DNA from: Mobula birostris | Lineage: Eukaryota | Reading direction: 5' to 3' | Assembly (NCBI RefSeq): GCF_030028105.1 | Contig: NC_092371.1 | Coordinates: forward strand, 132,314,766-132,378,765 | Length of the DNA: 64,000 nucleotides | Part shown: one piece after another, positions 39,850-52,986 of the stretch | How the letters are laid out: every line of letters begins with the position of its first letter | Position numbering within the stretch: the stretch's first letter is position 1 | Program-made: the position numbers and the translations under genes | Notes under the pieces: model-generated | What the model saw: the letters and a program-made list of their open reading frames with translations, nothing else | The model's database searches: none | What the model was told of the DNA's origin: nothing

Positions 39850-40775
39850 GCAGCACACATCAAAGTTGCTGGTGAACGCAGCAGGCCGGGAAGCATCTCT
39901 AGGAAGAGGTACAGTCGATGTTTCAGGCCGAGACCCTTCGTCAGGACTAACTGAAAGAAGAGTTAGTAAGAGATTTGAGAGGGGGAGGGGGAGATCCAAA
40001 ATGAGAGGAGAAGACAGGAGAGGGAGGGATGGAGCCAAGAGCTGGACAGGTGATTGGCAAAAGGGATATGAGAGGATCATGGGACAGGAGGTCTGGGAAG
40101 AAAGACGGGGGGGCGGGGAGGTAACCAGAGGATGGGCAAGGAGTATAGTCAGAGGGAGAAAAAGGAGAGAGAGAAAGAATGTGTGTGTAAAAATAAATAA
40201 CAGATGGGGTATGAGGGGGAGGTGGGGCATTAGCAGAAGTTTGAGAAATCAATGTTCATGCCATCAGGTTGGAGGCTACCCAGACGGAAGAGAAGGCACG
40301 ATGGCATAAACATTAATTTCTCTAACTTCTGCTGATGCCCCACCTCCCCCTCACACCCCAACCGTTATTTATTTTTATACACGCATTCTTTCTCTCACTC
40401 TCCTTTTTCTCCCTCTGACTATACCCCTTGCCCATTCTCTGGTTTCCCCCCCCCACTTGTCTTTCTCCCTGGGCCTCCTGTCCCATGATCCTCTCGTATC
40501 CCTTTTGCCAATCACCTGTCCAGCTCTTGGCTCCATCCCTCCCCCTCCTGTTTTCTCCTATCATTTTAGATCTCCCCCCTCCCCCTCCCCCTCCCCCTCC
40601 CACTCCCACTTTCAAATCTCTTACTAACTCTTCTTTCAGTTAGTCCTGACGAAGGGTCTCGGCCTGAAATATTGACTGTACCTCTTCCTAGAGATGCTGC
40701 CCGGCCTGCTGTGTTCACCAGCAACTTTGATGTGTGTTGCTTGAATTTTCAGCATCTGCAGAATTCCTGTTGTTT
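39850..40775. mobile_element. Penelope-like insertion forming a long inverted repeat, 13-bp TSD
   Basis: Arm 39850-40265 is the approximate reverse complement of arm 40300-40740 with a 34-nt spacer; TSD accatccctttga at 39837-39849 and 40776-40788; hammerhead-like cores at about 39913-39948 (-) and 40642-40677 (+). Confidence 0.85.
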
Positions 40776-41379
40776 ACCATCCCTTTGACTTCAGACAGTG
40801 CTGCTGACTTCCTCCCAGCAGTTTGTTTCTTTTTTGAACGAGGTTCCAGCATCTGCAATCTCTTGGAGATTTCATTGCCCTATCTATTCCCTATATAAAT
40901 TGAGCAGTTGACATTTTACCATTTTCCAATATATTTGCATTTATAGATGCTCCAAATGTGTTTAAGAAATTGTTTGGCTCCTTCCCTTGACATTTCATCA
41001 TCGTGCCAAACTGCCAGAAACCATATGAGTGCATGAATGACCTTTGTTGTTGCTGCACTGTGTATAGCAACTGAGTTGTTCACCTGCAGCAGTTCATTCA
41101 TCCGATCCTACAGGCTAAGGTACTGGTACTGTGTTTTAAAATGTTCATTCCCAAACTTGAATATGGATGAAGTGGTGCCCTCTGGAGACAAGAATTATTT
41201 GCAAGAATGGGAAGAAGTGATGAGGTAGAAATGAGTAGCGCTATTCACACAATGAAGGGCTGAAGCCCTGGTCTTTAGATTTCGCTTCATGCTATGGGCC
41301 AAGGTTTGGACAATTTGCACTTTCACACTATGGAGGGCTCTGGTGGTTCAGTTGTGTTCATTCAAAGTAGTTATTATCC

Positions 41380-42116
<737 letters not shown>

Positions 42117-43303
42117 AAGCCCACCGCCGGCTGTGCTTTCCAGGTCACCGTGATCCTCGACCACTTGCTGTTTCTGAAGGGACTTTTTTTTGGGGCGAAC
42201 GCCGTCTAATCTCTTGAATTCAATCTCGCTTCTTCGGGACGCTGTCTAACTCTCCGTCCGCTCACATTCCCATCCTTTGTTGCAGTAAAGGTTTCTCACA
42301 GCAACGGCGGGGCAGGGGGGAGGGTTTGCCGGACCTTTTCCGAAATTCCGAACTTAATTAGTCCCTTAGCAGTGTTTCTCTCCCACAATAATTTCCCAAT
42401 AGCTTTTGTTCTTTTTGTTTATTTTTGACTGTTAAGGATGTAGCTCCATTGACCTCCGCATTCTAGCCCGTCAGCTCAGTGCTGCCTCTCCCAGTGCCCG
42501 GGCGTTGCGTTAGCTGCTGATTTTTGTTTGCTCCGTTCTGGTTTTAAAATGGCGTACTCGCCTTGTGCAGAGACATTCAATGCTCAAGTGTGTCGGCAAT
42601 GTGCTCCAACAACTCCTCCTCCCCTGCCCGCCCGCCCGCAGTAATCTTTAGGACCGCCAGGGTATCTGGCTGACTAACTGCATTGTAACGTAACATTTTC
42701 GTCTTTAGTCTCAGACCAGTTTTGGAAGTGGGAGCATTTTCTATTTTATTCTCGAGGTTTTATGGGGCCACATTACTGATTTAAATAGGGAACAACGATC
42801 CAATTGATTTTTAAGTAGGCTGGGGGATCCGCTGTAGTTTCAGCTGGTTGGGGAAAACGCCACATTTCTGGAGATTGCATTCGTGAGCAACAGTTTGACT
42901 TTGTATCTTCTGTTACAGATATGACTGTTTTAATGAGTGCAAAACATTAAAGAACATTGATTCGGGGGAGTGGTGCAGTCCATCCCCGGCAATTGTACAC
43001 TTATCTAGTTATATTGTGGGTGATACTGATATCTGACAAACTGTTTTCAATGTAAATCTTGTGCCATCCCAACCAGTAAACACTGTATGCTGGTTTGGAG
43101 TATGGCCTCTGCATTAAGTGAGAAGTCTGCAGTTGAAACTTTAGTACTGTCCTACTACTCTAAGTAGTACAACATTAAGCTAACAGTTTTTTTAATGGCA
43201 AATTGTTAGGAAGTTGATAGCTGTTTCTTATTGAATTTTCATGAGTTAGCATGGAACGTTTTTGTACAAAAACTTGCCACTTTGGAGACATGTCAATGGG
43301 AAA

Positions 43304-43309
43304 AATAAA
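43304..43309 (+). terminator. Candidate polyadenylation signal of CIRBP-like gene 1
   Basis: AATAAA ending a TE-free 3' region of about 1.2 kb, followed by GT/T-rich sequence. Confidence 0.6.
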
Positions 43310-45639
43310 AGTTAAAGATATTCAGCTGCTGTCTTGATCAAGCTTTTTGGAAACTGGTAAAGATACTTGCGTGCCAACAGTCCTTAGAAGAGGATTTCCA
43401 GTAGGAAAGTTAACTTTTGTTCTGTCCACAGATTCCACACTTGAGTTTCTGGTGCCTGGGGGATTTTGCTTGGTTGAAATTAAAATGCCTGTCTCACATG
43501 GACAATTTGAGGATCAAGCAATCTACTCAACAAGCCACTTCAATACTGGTCTGTGGAGATGACATTTTACAGCTGATGTCTGAGGTGGAATTCATCAATG
43601 CAACACATTAAAACAATAGTTATCAGCACCTTGATATTCAGCAAATATTCTTGCTATGAGTATCTAATACAAGTAACATGTAGGTCTCACATCAGAAATT
43701 CACACAGGGTGGTGCCAAGGTTTTAGAATAAGCAACTGGTTATTGCTGAAAGCCATCAAAAATCACTGAAGATGGATGGAAAGAATTATCTGTATTCTTG
43801 TCACTGGTGTCACATCAGTACTACTATTTAAGACAATGCATTTGACTGGCAAATTTCTCTTAAACCTCCTTTGTCATGATATATTCTTCCAAGTATTTGG
43901 AGAACTTTTGGCCTAATGTCTTCATCCCTGGGCTAGGTGAATTTAGGTTTTAAATTTGAGCTCAACTGAGTGGTGGCAACACATCAGCTACAAAGACCAC
44001 ATTAATGTTGATGTTATTTATTTATTTAATAATAAATGATATGGATTTCTGTCTTTTCCCAGGGTAGGGGAGTCTAAACTAGAAGGCATATATTTAAGGT
44101 GAAAGGGCAAGTTTTAAAGGCTTTCATAAACTTCTACATTGTCTACAACATCACCTATTTTAGTGACATTAGTCATGTTCCTAATGATGTCTTACACATT
44201 CACATCCAAATGGTTTATGTAAATAATTTACAACAAAAGTTCCAACACCGACTCCTATGGTACACCACTGCTCGCAAGTCTCCAACCCAGGAAGCAAATC
44301 TTGACCACTTTAAAGGTTTTTTCCTCACACAGAAGGTGGTGAGTATGTTGAATGAGCTGCCAGAGGAAGGGGATATAAAGACACTTGGATAGTGAAGGTT
44401 TGGAGGGATATGGGTGAAATGCCTACAAATGAGACTAGCTCAGGGAAGCTTTCCCATGCACATGTACAAATGGTCTACGCTGTATGCGTCCAAAAAGGGT
44501 AGGAGTCCACCTAAGGAAGGTAAAAATTGGGTATGAGAGGTATCTGATGGGTACGGTTGGGCAAAAATCACAAGATTCTCAAGGTATGTTAAGAATAAAA
44601 GGATGGTTGGGAGAGAAAAGGTCCCCTTAAAGATCAGCATATGTGGAACTGAAGGAAATGGGAGAGAGATTTCTCTACAGCAAAAAATTGAAACCCAGGT
44701 AATGGGGAAAGTGATCACATAGAAGTTAGCAGAGGTTCTGGGATCTTTAAAATGCATTAAGGTGGATCAATCCTCAGGGTCTGGCATACTGTATTTTTGG
44801 ACTTTCTGGCAAGAGAAGAAGTAACTTAATTTCTGGCCATGAGAGGTTCCAGGGGACTGGAGGATGCCTAATGTAGCGCCTTTGTTTAAAAGGGTATGGA
44901 AAGCAAGTCAGGAAACTGCAGGCGAGTGAGTCTGACCATCAGTGGTAGGCAAATTGCTGGAGGGACAGGATCTACCAATATGGCTTTCTGTGGTGGAGGT
45001 CCAGTCTCTCAAAACTAATTAAAGTTCTTTTCGAAGAAGTGACAAAAGGTGATTGATGAGGGTAGGGTCGTGATCTTTGATAAGGTCCCCTGTGGCAGGC
45101 CAGTATGGAAGGTTAGATTGCATGGGATTCGGGGAAATAGTAAGTCTCTGGTAGAAAGCAGAGTGTTGGTCAAGATTTGCTTCTTTGTTTGGATGCCTGT
45201 AAGTAATAATGTAACTTCGTAATTTACATAAAACAAATTGGATGTGAATATGCAAAGTATTGGGAAGTTGGCATTTGGTGATGAAAACTAGAAGGCTATG
45301 AAAAACTACAGGTGACATCTTGATCACTTGGGTATGTTGGCTGAGAACTGGCAAATGGTTTTCAATCTAGGTAAATGAGAGATGCCATTTTGGGAGATCA
45401 AGCCAATTTAGGACTTGTATAGTGAATGGTGGGTCTATAGGGAGTGTTATGTACTAGAGGGACCGAGGAGCACATGCATAATTTGTATGCAATGAATGTG
45501 TTGGGTATTCCTTCATCAATTGGGGCATTGAGAATAAGAGGTTTTAATTCATGTTGCAATTACATAAGATATTGGTGTGGCTGCATTTTGAAGTATTGTG
45601 TTCAGTTTTGGTCACCATCAGCGAGGGTTAGAATAGGAT

Positions 45640-48600
45640 GATTTTGCAGATGAATGTGGCTTTTTAGAGCAGATTGTGGTTGAGCTAGGGGATCAGCTAT
45701 TTTGGATTGGGTGGTTTGTAATGAACTGGATCTGATTAGGGAGTTTAAGGCAAAGGAACCCTCAGGAGAGAGTGATCATACTATTCTGAACTGGGTTTTG
45801 AGCAATGAGGAAGGGTTAATTAGCAATCTTGTCGTGAGAGGCCCCTTGGGTAAGAGTGACCATAATATGGTGGAATTCTTCATTAAGATGGAGAGTGACA
45901 TAGTTAATTCAGAAACAAAGGTTCTGAACTTAAAGAGGGGTAACTTTGAAGGTATGAGACGTGAATTAGCTAAGATAGACTGGCAAATGACACTTAAAGG
46001 ATTGACGGTGGATATGCAATGGCAAGCATTTAAAGGTTGCATGGATGAACTACAACAATTGTTCATCCCAGTTTGGCAAAAGAATAAATCAAGGAAGGTA
46101 GTGCACCCGTGGCTGACAAGAGAAATTAGGGATAGTATCAATTCCAAAGAAGAAGCATACAAATTAGCCAGAGAAAGTGGCTCACCTGAGGACTGGGAGA
46201 AATTCAGAGTTCAGCAGAGGAGGACAAAGGGCTTAATTGGGAAGGGCTAAAAAGATTGAGAGAAAACTGGCAGGGAACATAAAAACGGACTGTAAAAGCT
46301 TTTATAGATATGCAAAAAGGAAAAGACTGGTAAAGACAAATGTAGGTCCCCTACAGACAGAAACAGGTGAATTGATTATGGGGAGCAAGGACATGGCAGA
46401 CCAATTGAATAATTACTTTGGTTCTGTCTTCACTAAGGAGGACATAAATAATCTTCCAGAAATAGTAGGGGACAGAGGGTCCAGTGAGATGGAGGAACTG
46501 AGCGAAATACATGTTAGTAGGGAAGTGGTGTTAGGTAAATTGAAGGGATTGAAGGCAGATAAATCCCCAGGGCCAGATGGTCTGCATCCTAGAGTGCTTA
46601 AGGAAGTAGCCCTAGAAATAATGGATGCATTAGTGATAATTTTTCAAAACTCGTTAGATTTTGGACTAGTTCCTGAGGATTGGAGGGTGGCTAATGTAAC
46701 CACACTTTTTAAAAATGGAGGGAGAGAGAAACCGGGGAATTATAGACCGGTTAGCCTAATGTTGGTGGTGGGGAAACTGCTGGAGTCAGTTATCAAAGAT
46801 GTGATAACAGCACATTTGGAAAGCGGTGAAATCATCGGACAAAGCCAGCATGGATTTGTGAAAGGAAAATCATGTCTGACGAATCTCATAGAATTTTTTG
46901 AGGATGTAACTAGTAGAGTGGATAGGGGAGAACCAGTGGATGTGGTATATTTGGATTTTCAAAAGGCTTTTGACAAGGTCCCACACAGGAGATTAGTGTG
47001 CAAACTTAAAGCACATGGTATTGGGGGTAAGGTATTGATGTGGATGGAGAATTGGTTAGCAGACAGGAAGCAAAGAGTGGGAATAAACAGGACCTTTTCA
47101 GAATGGCAGGCGGTGACTAGTGGGGTACTGCAAGGCTCAGTGCTGGGACCCCAGTTGTTTACAATATATATTAATGACTTGGATGAGGGAATTAAATGCA
47201 GCATCTCCAAGTTTGCGGATGACACGAAGCTGGGTGGCAGTGTTAGCTGTGAGGAGGATGCAGGGTGACTTGGATAGGTTGGGTGAGTGGGCAAATTCAT
47301 GGCAGATGCAATTTAATGTGGATAAATGTGAAGTTATCCACTTTGGTGGCAAAAATAGGAAAACATTATTATCTGAATGGTGGCCGATTAGGAAAAGGGG
47401 AGGTGCAACGAGACCTGGGTGTCATTATACACCAGTCATTGAAAGTGGGCATGCAGGTACAGCAGGTGGTGAAAAAAGCAAATTGTATGCTGGCATTTAT
47501 AACGAGAGGATTTGAGTACAGGAGCAGGGAGGTACTACTGCAGTTGTACAAAGCCTTGGTGAGACCACACCTGGAGTATTGTGTGCAGTTTGGTCCCCTA
47601 ATCTGAGGAAAGACATCCTTGCCATAGAGGGAGTACAAAGAAGCTTCACCAGATAGATTCCTGGGATGGCAGGACTTTCATATGAAGAAAGACTCGATGA
47701 ACTGGGCTTGTACTCGTTGGAATTTAGAAGATTGAGGGGGGGATCTGATTGAAACGTATAAAATCCTAAAGGGATTGGACAGGCTAGATGCAGGAAGATT
47801 GTTCCTGATTTTGGGGAAGTCCAGAACAAGGGGCCACAGTTTGAGGATAAAGGGGAAGCCTTTTAGGACCGAGATTAGGAAAAACTTCTTCACACAGAGA
47901 GTGGTGAATCTGTGGAATTCTCTGCCACAGGAAACAGTTGAGGCCAGTTCATTGGCTATATTTAAGAGGGAGTTAGATATGGCCCTTGTGGCTACAGGGA
48001 TCAGGGGGTATGGAGGGAAGGCTGGAGTGGGGTTCTGAGTTGGATGATCAACCATGATCATAATAGATGGCGGTGCAGGCTCGAAGGGCCAAATGGCCTA
48101 CTCCTGCACCTATTTTCTATGTTTCTATATAATATGATAACATTCGCCCTGCAGTCTGAAAGGGAGCAGGTAAAGTCAGACATATTAGTATTACAGTGGA
48201 GTAAAGTGAATTGCAGAGGCATAAGAGGACACTAGCAGAGATGACGGCGTAACAGCAATGGCAGGAGTTTCCAGAGGTGCAAGATAGATGCATTTCAAAG
48301 AAGTATTCTGAAGGCAAGATACAACTGGCTGACAAGGGAAGTCAGCTAACATAAAAGCAAAAGAGAGAGCATATAATAGCGCAAAAATTAGAGGAAGTTA
48401 GAGAATTGAGAAGCTCTTATAAACCTACAGAAGACAACTAAAAAAGCAAAAAGATGAAATATGAAGGTAAGCTAGCTAATAATATCAAATATTATCCAAG
48501 TTTTTTCAGAAATATAAAGAGTAAAGTGAGGGTAGATATTGGACTGCTGGAAAATGACTCGGAGAGGTAATAATGGGGGACAAGGAAATGTCTGTCAAAC

Positions 48601-49840
48601 TGAGTGTGCATTTTACATCAATCTTCACTGGAAGGCACTAGCACTATGCTGGATGCTCAAGAGTATTAGGTGGCAGAAGTGGATGTGGTTGGTATTACTA
48701 AGAAGGTGGTGCTGAAAAGGTCTGAAGGTAGATAAATCATCTGGACTGGATGGACTATTTGATGGTTCTGAAAGAGATTGTGGAGGCATTAGTAATGGGC
48801 TTTTAAGAATCACTAGATTCCATGATGGTTCTGGAGGAATGGAAAATTGCAAATGTCACTTCATTCTTCAAGAATGGAGGTAAGCAGAAGGAAGGAAATT
48901 TAAGGCCAGTTAGCCTGACCTCAGTGGTTGGGAAGGTGTTGGAATTGATTGTTAAGGATGAGGTTTTAGTGTATTGGAGGCACAGGATAAAATGGGCCAA
49001 AATCAGCATGATTTCCTTAAGGGAAAATTTTGCTTAACAAATTTGGAATTCTTCAAGGAAATAACAAGCAGGAGAGTGAGTGGATCTTGTGTACTTGGAT
49101 TATCAAAAGTGACTAGGTGCCACAGAGCAGGCTACTTAATGGGATAAGAGCCTATGGTAATACAGGAAAGATACTAGTATGGATAGAGCATTAGCTGTTT
49201 GGCAGGTGGCAAAGAGTGGGAATAAAGAGAGCCTTTTCTAATTGGCTGCTGGTGACTAGTAGTGGCAAGGAAGGCAAACACAGCATACTTTTTGTGAGGA
49301 CCAGAATTCAAAACAAGGATATAATGCTGAGGCTTTATGAAGCAGTGGTGAGGCTCACTTGGAGTACTGTGAGCAGTTTTGGGCCCCTTATCTTCGAAGG
49401 GATATGCTGACATTAGAGAGGGTTCAAAGAAGGTTCATGAAAATGATTCCAGAATGGAAAGGCTTATCACATGAGGAGCATTTGATAGCTCTGGCCCTGT
49501 GCTCACTGGAATTTAGAATGTTGCAAGACCTATATAGACTGGATGTTTTCTGTAGTGGGGGAGTCTAGCATCAGAGAGCACAACCTCAGAATGGATATAG
49601 AAGGAATTTCTTTAGTCAGACAGTGGTGAATCTGTGGAATTTGTTGCCACAGGTGATTGTGGAGGCTAGGTCATTGAGTGTATTTAAGGTACAGGTTGAG
49701 TGTTAGATTCTTGACCAGTCAGGGTCTGAATGGAGAGAAACAGGAGAATGGAGTTGGGAGGGAAATGGATCAGCCATGATCAAGTTGCGGAGCCAGCTGA
49801 ATGGGCCGAATGGCCGAATTCTGCTCCAATGTCTTATTAT
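45640..49840 (+). mobile_element. Older CR1 LINE hosting a younger CR1 insertion
   Basis: Host sequence agtgatcata|...|ataatatgata is split by the 45781-48128 insertion; WKIANVTSFFKNGG...PVSLTSVVGK and LERVQRRF motifs lie downstream. Confidence 0.8.
45781..48128 (+). mobile_element. Young 5'-truncated CR1/HER1-like LINE ORF2 (RT) with a few frameshifts
   Basis: ORFs 45702-46250, 46237-47268 ([40 protein letters not shown]), 47265-47606 and 47775-48038; (ttctatgt)n tail. Confidence 0.95.
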
Positions 49841-50431
49841 AGGAATCATGCTGTTAAACAAGCAAAAGTGCAGGAAAGATTGACTGGGATGTTATGTAGA
49901 TTTAGGGTCCTGTGTTACAAGGGGAGGTTGCGTAAACTAGAGTTATGTTTTGTAACTTCAAAGTACCAAACTAATTCAAACTAAATCAGATTCTGAAATG
50001 TGAATACTTAAGGAAGGCATGCATATATCATGTGGTAGTGTAATGTATGTAATTCATGTATTTTTACATATAAATTATATAAACAACATATTTAATCAAA
50101 CAAAATATTAAATACACAGCACTCCTTCCTGCTTAACTATAAACTCGACCTCAATAGAAAATGCATGTCAGCTTTATACAAAGTGTACTATATAAAGTAT
50201 ACAACTGCTACATAGACATCTACAGAATAGTAAATTTTAAATTGTCCAATTCAAACCTGAAGATTTAATCACTGTGGAGGATTTGTTACTCTTCTGGGAT
50301 GATGTCTTTCCTGACAAGGAGCATCACTCTGCATGGTAGCTGAGACGGTTTCAGGTCTGGGGCCTCCTCTGTGGTGGTTGAAGGAGTTGATTCTGAGGCT
50401 GTAGGAAGTCGTTCTGACAGCTCTGGACATA

Positions 50432-51018
50432 TTTCTTCTCCCATGTTCTTTTAGATTGTGCATCTTGATCTTGGGACCGTGGATTTAGTTCACTAGGGAA
50501 TTCTCATTAATTTTTCAATTGCTTCCTTTACGATCTGATCCCCCCTCTTGATTTCCACATCCACATCATCTGATGAATCCTGTTTTCGTATGTCCATTGA
50601 ACCTTTCTCTTTGACCTTCCATTCATCCAGCTGGGCTTTGGTGTTTGCATCCACTTTTACATGTAGCTGTTTGTCTCCCACTTGAAGTTCATGCAATCAT
50701 CTTAGTGCACACAGAATAGATTTTGATTCTTTACACTCACAAAAGCCGAATGCTTGCAACTTTCCTGAAGCTCTTCGAACTCTTCTAGCTTAAAACCAAG
50801 TCACCTTTTTCAAGTAACTGCCTGATTAGTATATCAGGAGCTTTCTCAGATGTGTTACCAACAAAAACTATTGTAATTTGACCACTGCTTTCATCACTTC
50901 TATGATTTCTCTGAGCAGTATGGTCCTCCCTTGATTCAATATGCCTTCCAACCAGAGGCACAGACGTTGGCCCCAACACCTGTCTGCCCTCTGCTGACAA
51001 CGTTCATTGTGTACAGCA
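50432..51018 (-). pseudogene. RBM25: Processed RBM25 fragment (N-terminal RRM region) inside the Gypsy element
   Basis: Frameshifted translation gives VFVGNTSEKAPDILIRQLL..LVLS*K..ASGKLQAFGFCECKE..LR*LHELQVGDKQLHVKVDANTKAQLDEWK..DQIVKEAIEKLM..SELNP.SQ, matching RBM25; no introns; stops and frameshifts present. Confidence 0.9.
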
Positions 51019-51838
51019 TGAAGACAGTTGTGGCATCATCCTTTCCTAATTCATGTTCAGTTGAATGTTTTGCGGGGGATGTGGCATGCAAATGGTGAAT
51101 GGATCTCCAATCAAGTAGTGGTTGTCTCAGATAATCACACCCCCACAATGCTGGTCTTCCTCTTTTTACCACATGTGGTTTGTTGGTTGTTGTATCTCAC
51201 TATTATGAATGTCATTCCCACAGGCATTATCTTTTCTCCAGTATAAGTTCTTAGCTGGATATCTGCAGGCTTCAATTTAGTATCTTTGAAATGCTGTTCA
51301 AACTCATTTTGTGGAATGACTGAAACAGCCGAGCCAGTGTCCAATTCCATTTTAAGTGTGCACTTCTGTTTGTTGCTAGTTTTCACATTGTAAATCTTAA
51401 GGTGACACAGCCCTCTATCCCTTTCATCAATATCTGATTTTTCATCAACAGCATGCAGTGTAGCCCTTTTTTTTTGAAACTGCAACTTTTTATTTTTTCT
51501 CTTCCCTGTGCAGTCCATTTACTTTTGTCTGCCCAACATGCTCTTTGTATGTGCCCTACTTTGGTGCATTTTCTGAAAGCTTCACCTTTAAACCTGCATT
51601 GGTCTGGTGTATGTGAGCCTCTGCCACAAAGGTAACACTATTTGTTTGGCCAGTCTGATTTCTGTTTAGACAGTGTCATTTTGTTCACACTCACTTTTAT
51701 TCCTGACTGCAACTCAATTGCATCTCTGTCTGCTGCTTCCATTGATACAGCAATTTCAACTGTCCTTTTAAATGCAAATTGTGCTTCAGTTAGGAGCTGT
51801 TTTTTTGAATACTTTCTTTCATGTTTCCACAAACTAAA

Positions 51839-51884
51839 CAATCTCTGTACATCATTAAACCCAATCTCTGTACATCATTAAACC
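51839..51884. repeat. 23-bp tandem duplication in Gypsy gag
   Basis: caatctctgtacatcattaaacc repeated twice. Confidence 0.9.
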
Positions 51885-52678
51885 CATTTCCAATCTGACA
51901 ATGGTCAGACAATCCCTCTAATTTAGCTAAGTATGCTGAAATGGACTCTGATCTGCATTGCTTTCACAATATCAGCAAATTTTATTGCTGCTGGTTTGGC
52001 TGGAGCAGTCCAACTTCAAAGAAAACTGTATGCCTTTAAACTCAGCAAAACTGGTACACATTTCTCATTAATATTTCATTTGGTTCAAAATACTATTCAA
52101 TTTGCTGAATATACCCATTACCAGTTGAGCAATCTTCCTGATGTAGCAGCCATTTCTGCTTTCTTTTATGGTTATTATCACCTGGTACTCACTGTTTATG
52201 AACCTGTAAATTCTTACATATTCTGCCTTTTTAAAAAAACTCAATCATGTCTCCCTTCTGAAGTACACATGCTGCATTGTCTTTTTAAACTTGACTGTTC
52301 CTTATTGTGCTTCAACTGTTTGGTAGTTGTCTCGGGCTTGTTTTAAAAATGCCTTGTCACCACTTCAAAACATTGAAGTTTCAAAGTTTCGTAACTTCAA
52401 ACTAATTGTTAGGAAGGCACAGGAGTCTGAATTGTGAGTCTAACCATGTTTACTTTAAGTGAGGCACACTCGTATCACATAGTAGCATAATGCAATTCAT
52501 GTATTTTTACATATAATCATAATGAATTATGTAAACAACAAAGAATGCTTAATCAAGCAACATATGTACAATATTATTCAAATATTAAATGCACAACAAC
52601 TGGGACTTTATTCCCTGGAATGTAGAGGATTGAGGAGTGACTTTATAGGGGTATATAAAATTGTGAGATGCATTTTAA

Positions 52679-52986
52679 GGCATCCGTTAGTCTTGCGAGA
52701 CCATGAATCTGTGCCTGGAAAATCTTCACTCTCCAGGGCGCATGCTTGGGCAAGATTATTTGGGGGACTAGCAGTTGCCCATACTGCAAGTCTCCCCTCT
52801 CCACGAGACCAATGTTGTCCAAGAGAAGGGCATTAGGACCCATACAGCTTGGCACCAGTGTCGTTGCAGAGCAATGTGTGATTAAATGTCCTTGCTCAAG
52901 GACACAACATGTTGCCTCGGCTGGGGCTTAAACTCACAACCTTCAGGTCGCCAGTCCAATGCCTTAACCACTTGGCCACGTGCCCA
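52679..52986 (-). mobile_element. tRNA-headed CORE-type SINE (second copy)
   Basis: Reverse complement aligns along its length with 18505-18800; inserted in a CR1 3' fragment. Confidence 0.75.

Larger units (their letters stand above)
49941..52598 (-). mobile_element. Non-autonomous Gypsy/Ty3 LTR retrotransposon carrying a host mRNA fragment
   Basis: Related direct LTRs at about 49941-50121 and 52370-52598. PBS TGGTGACAAGG (52352-52362, -); PPT at 50122-50134; TSD actag/actgg (49936-49940 and 52599-52603). Gag remnant with Cys/His knuckles, protease LDTGSAVS at about 51321-51345, and pol C-terminus ERHHPRRVTNPPQ. Confidence 0.88.

Noticed and set aside
46237-47268. 343-aa ORF, the longest in the window
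   Set aside because: It is CR1 LINE reverse transcriptase bounded by frameshifts, not a host gene or an intact element.
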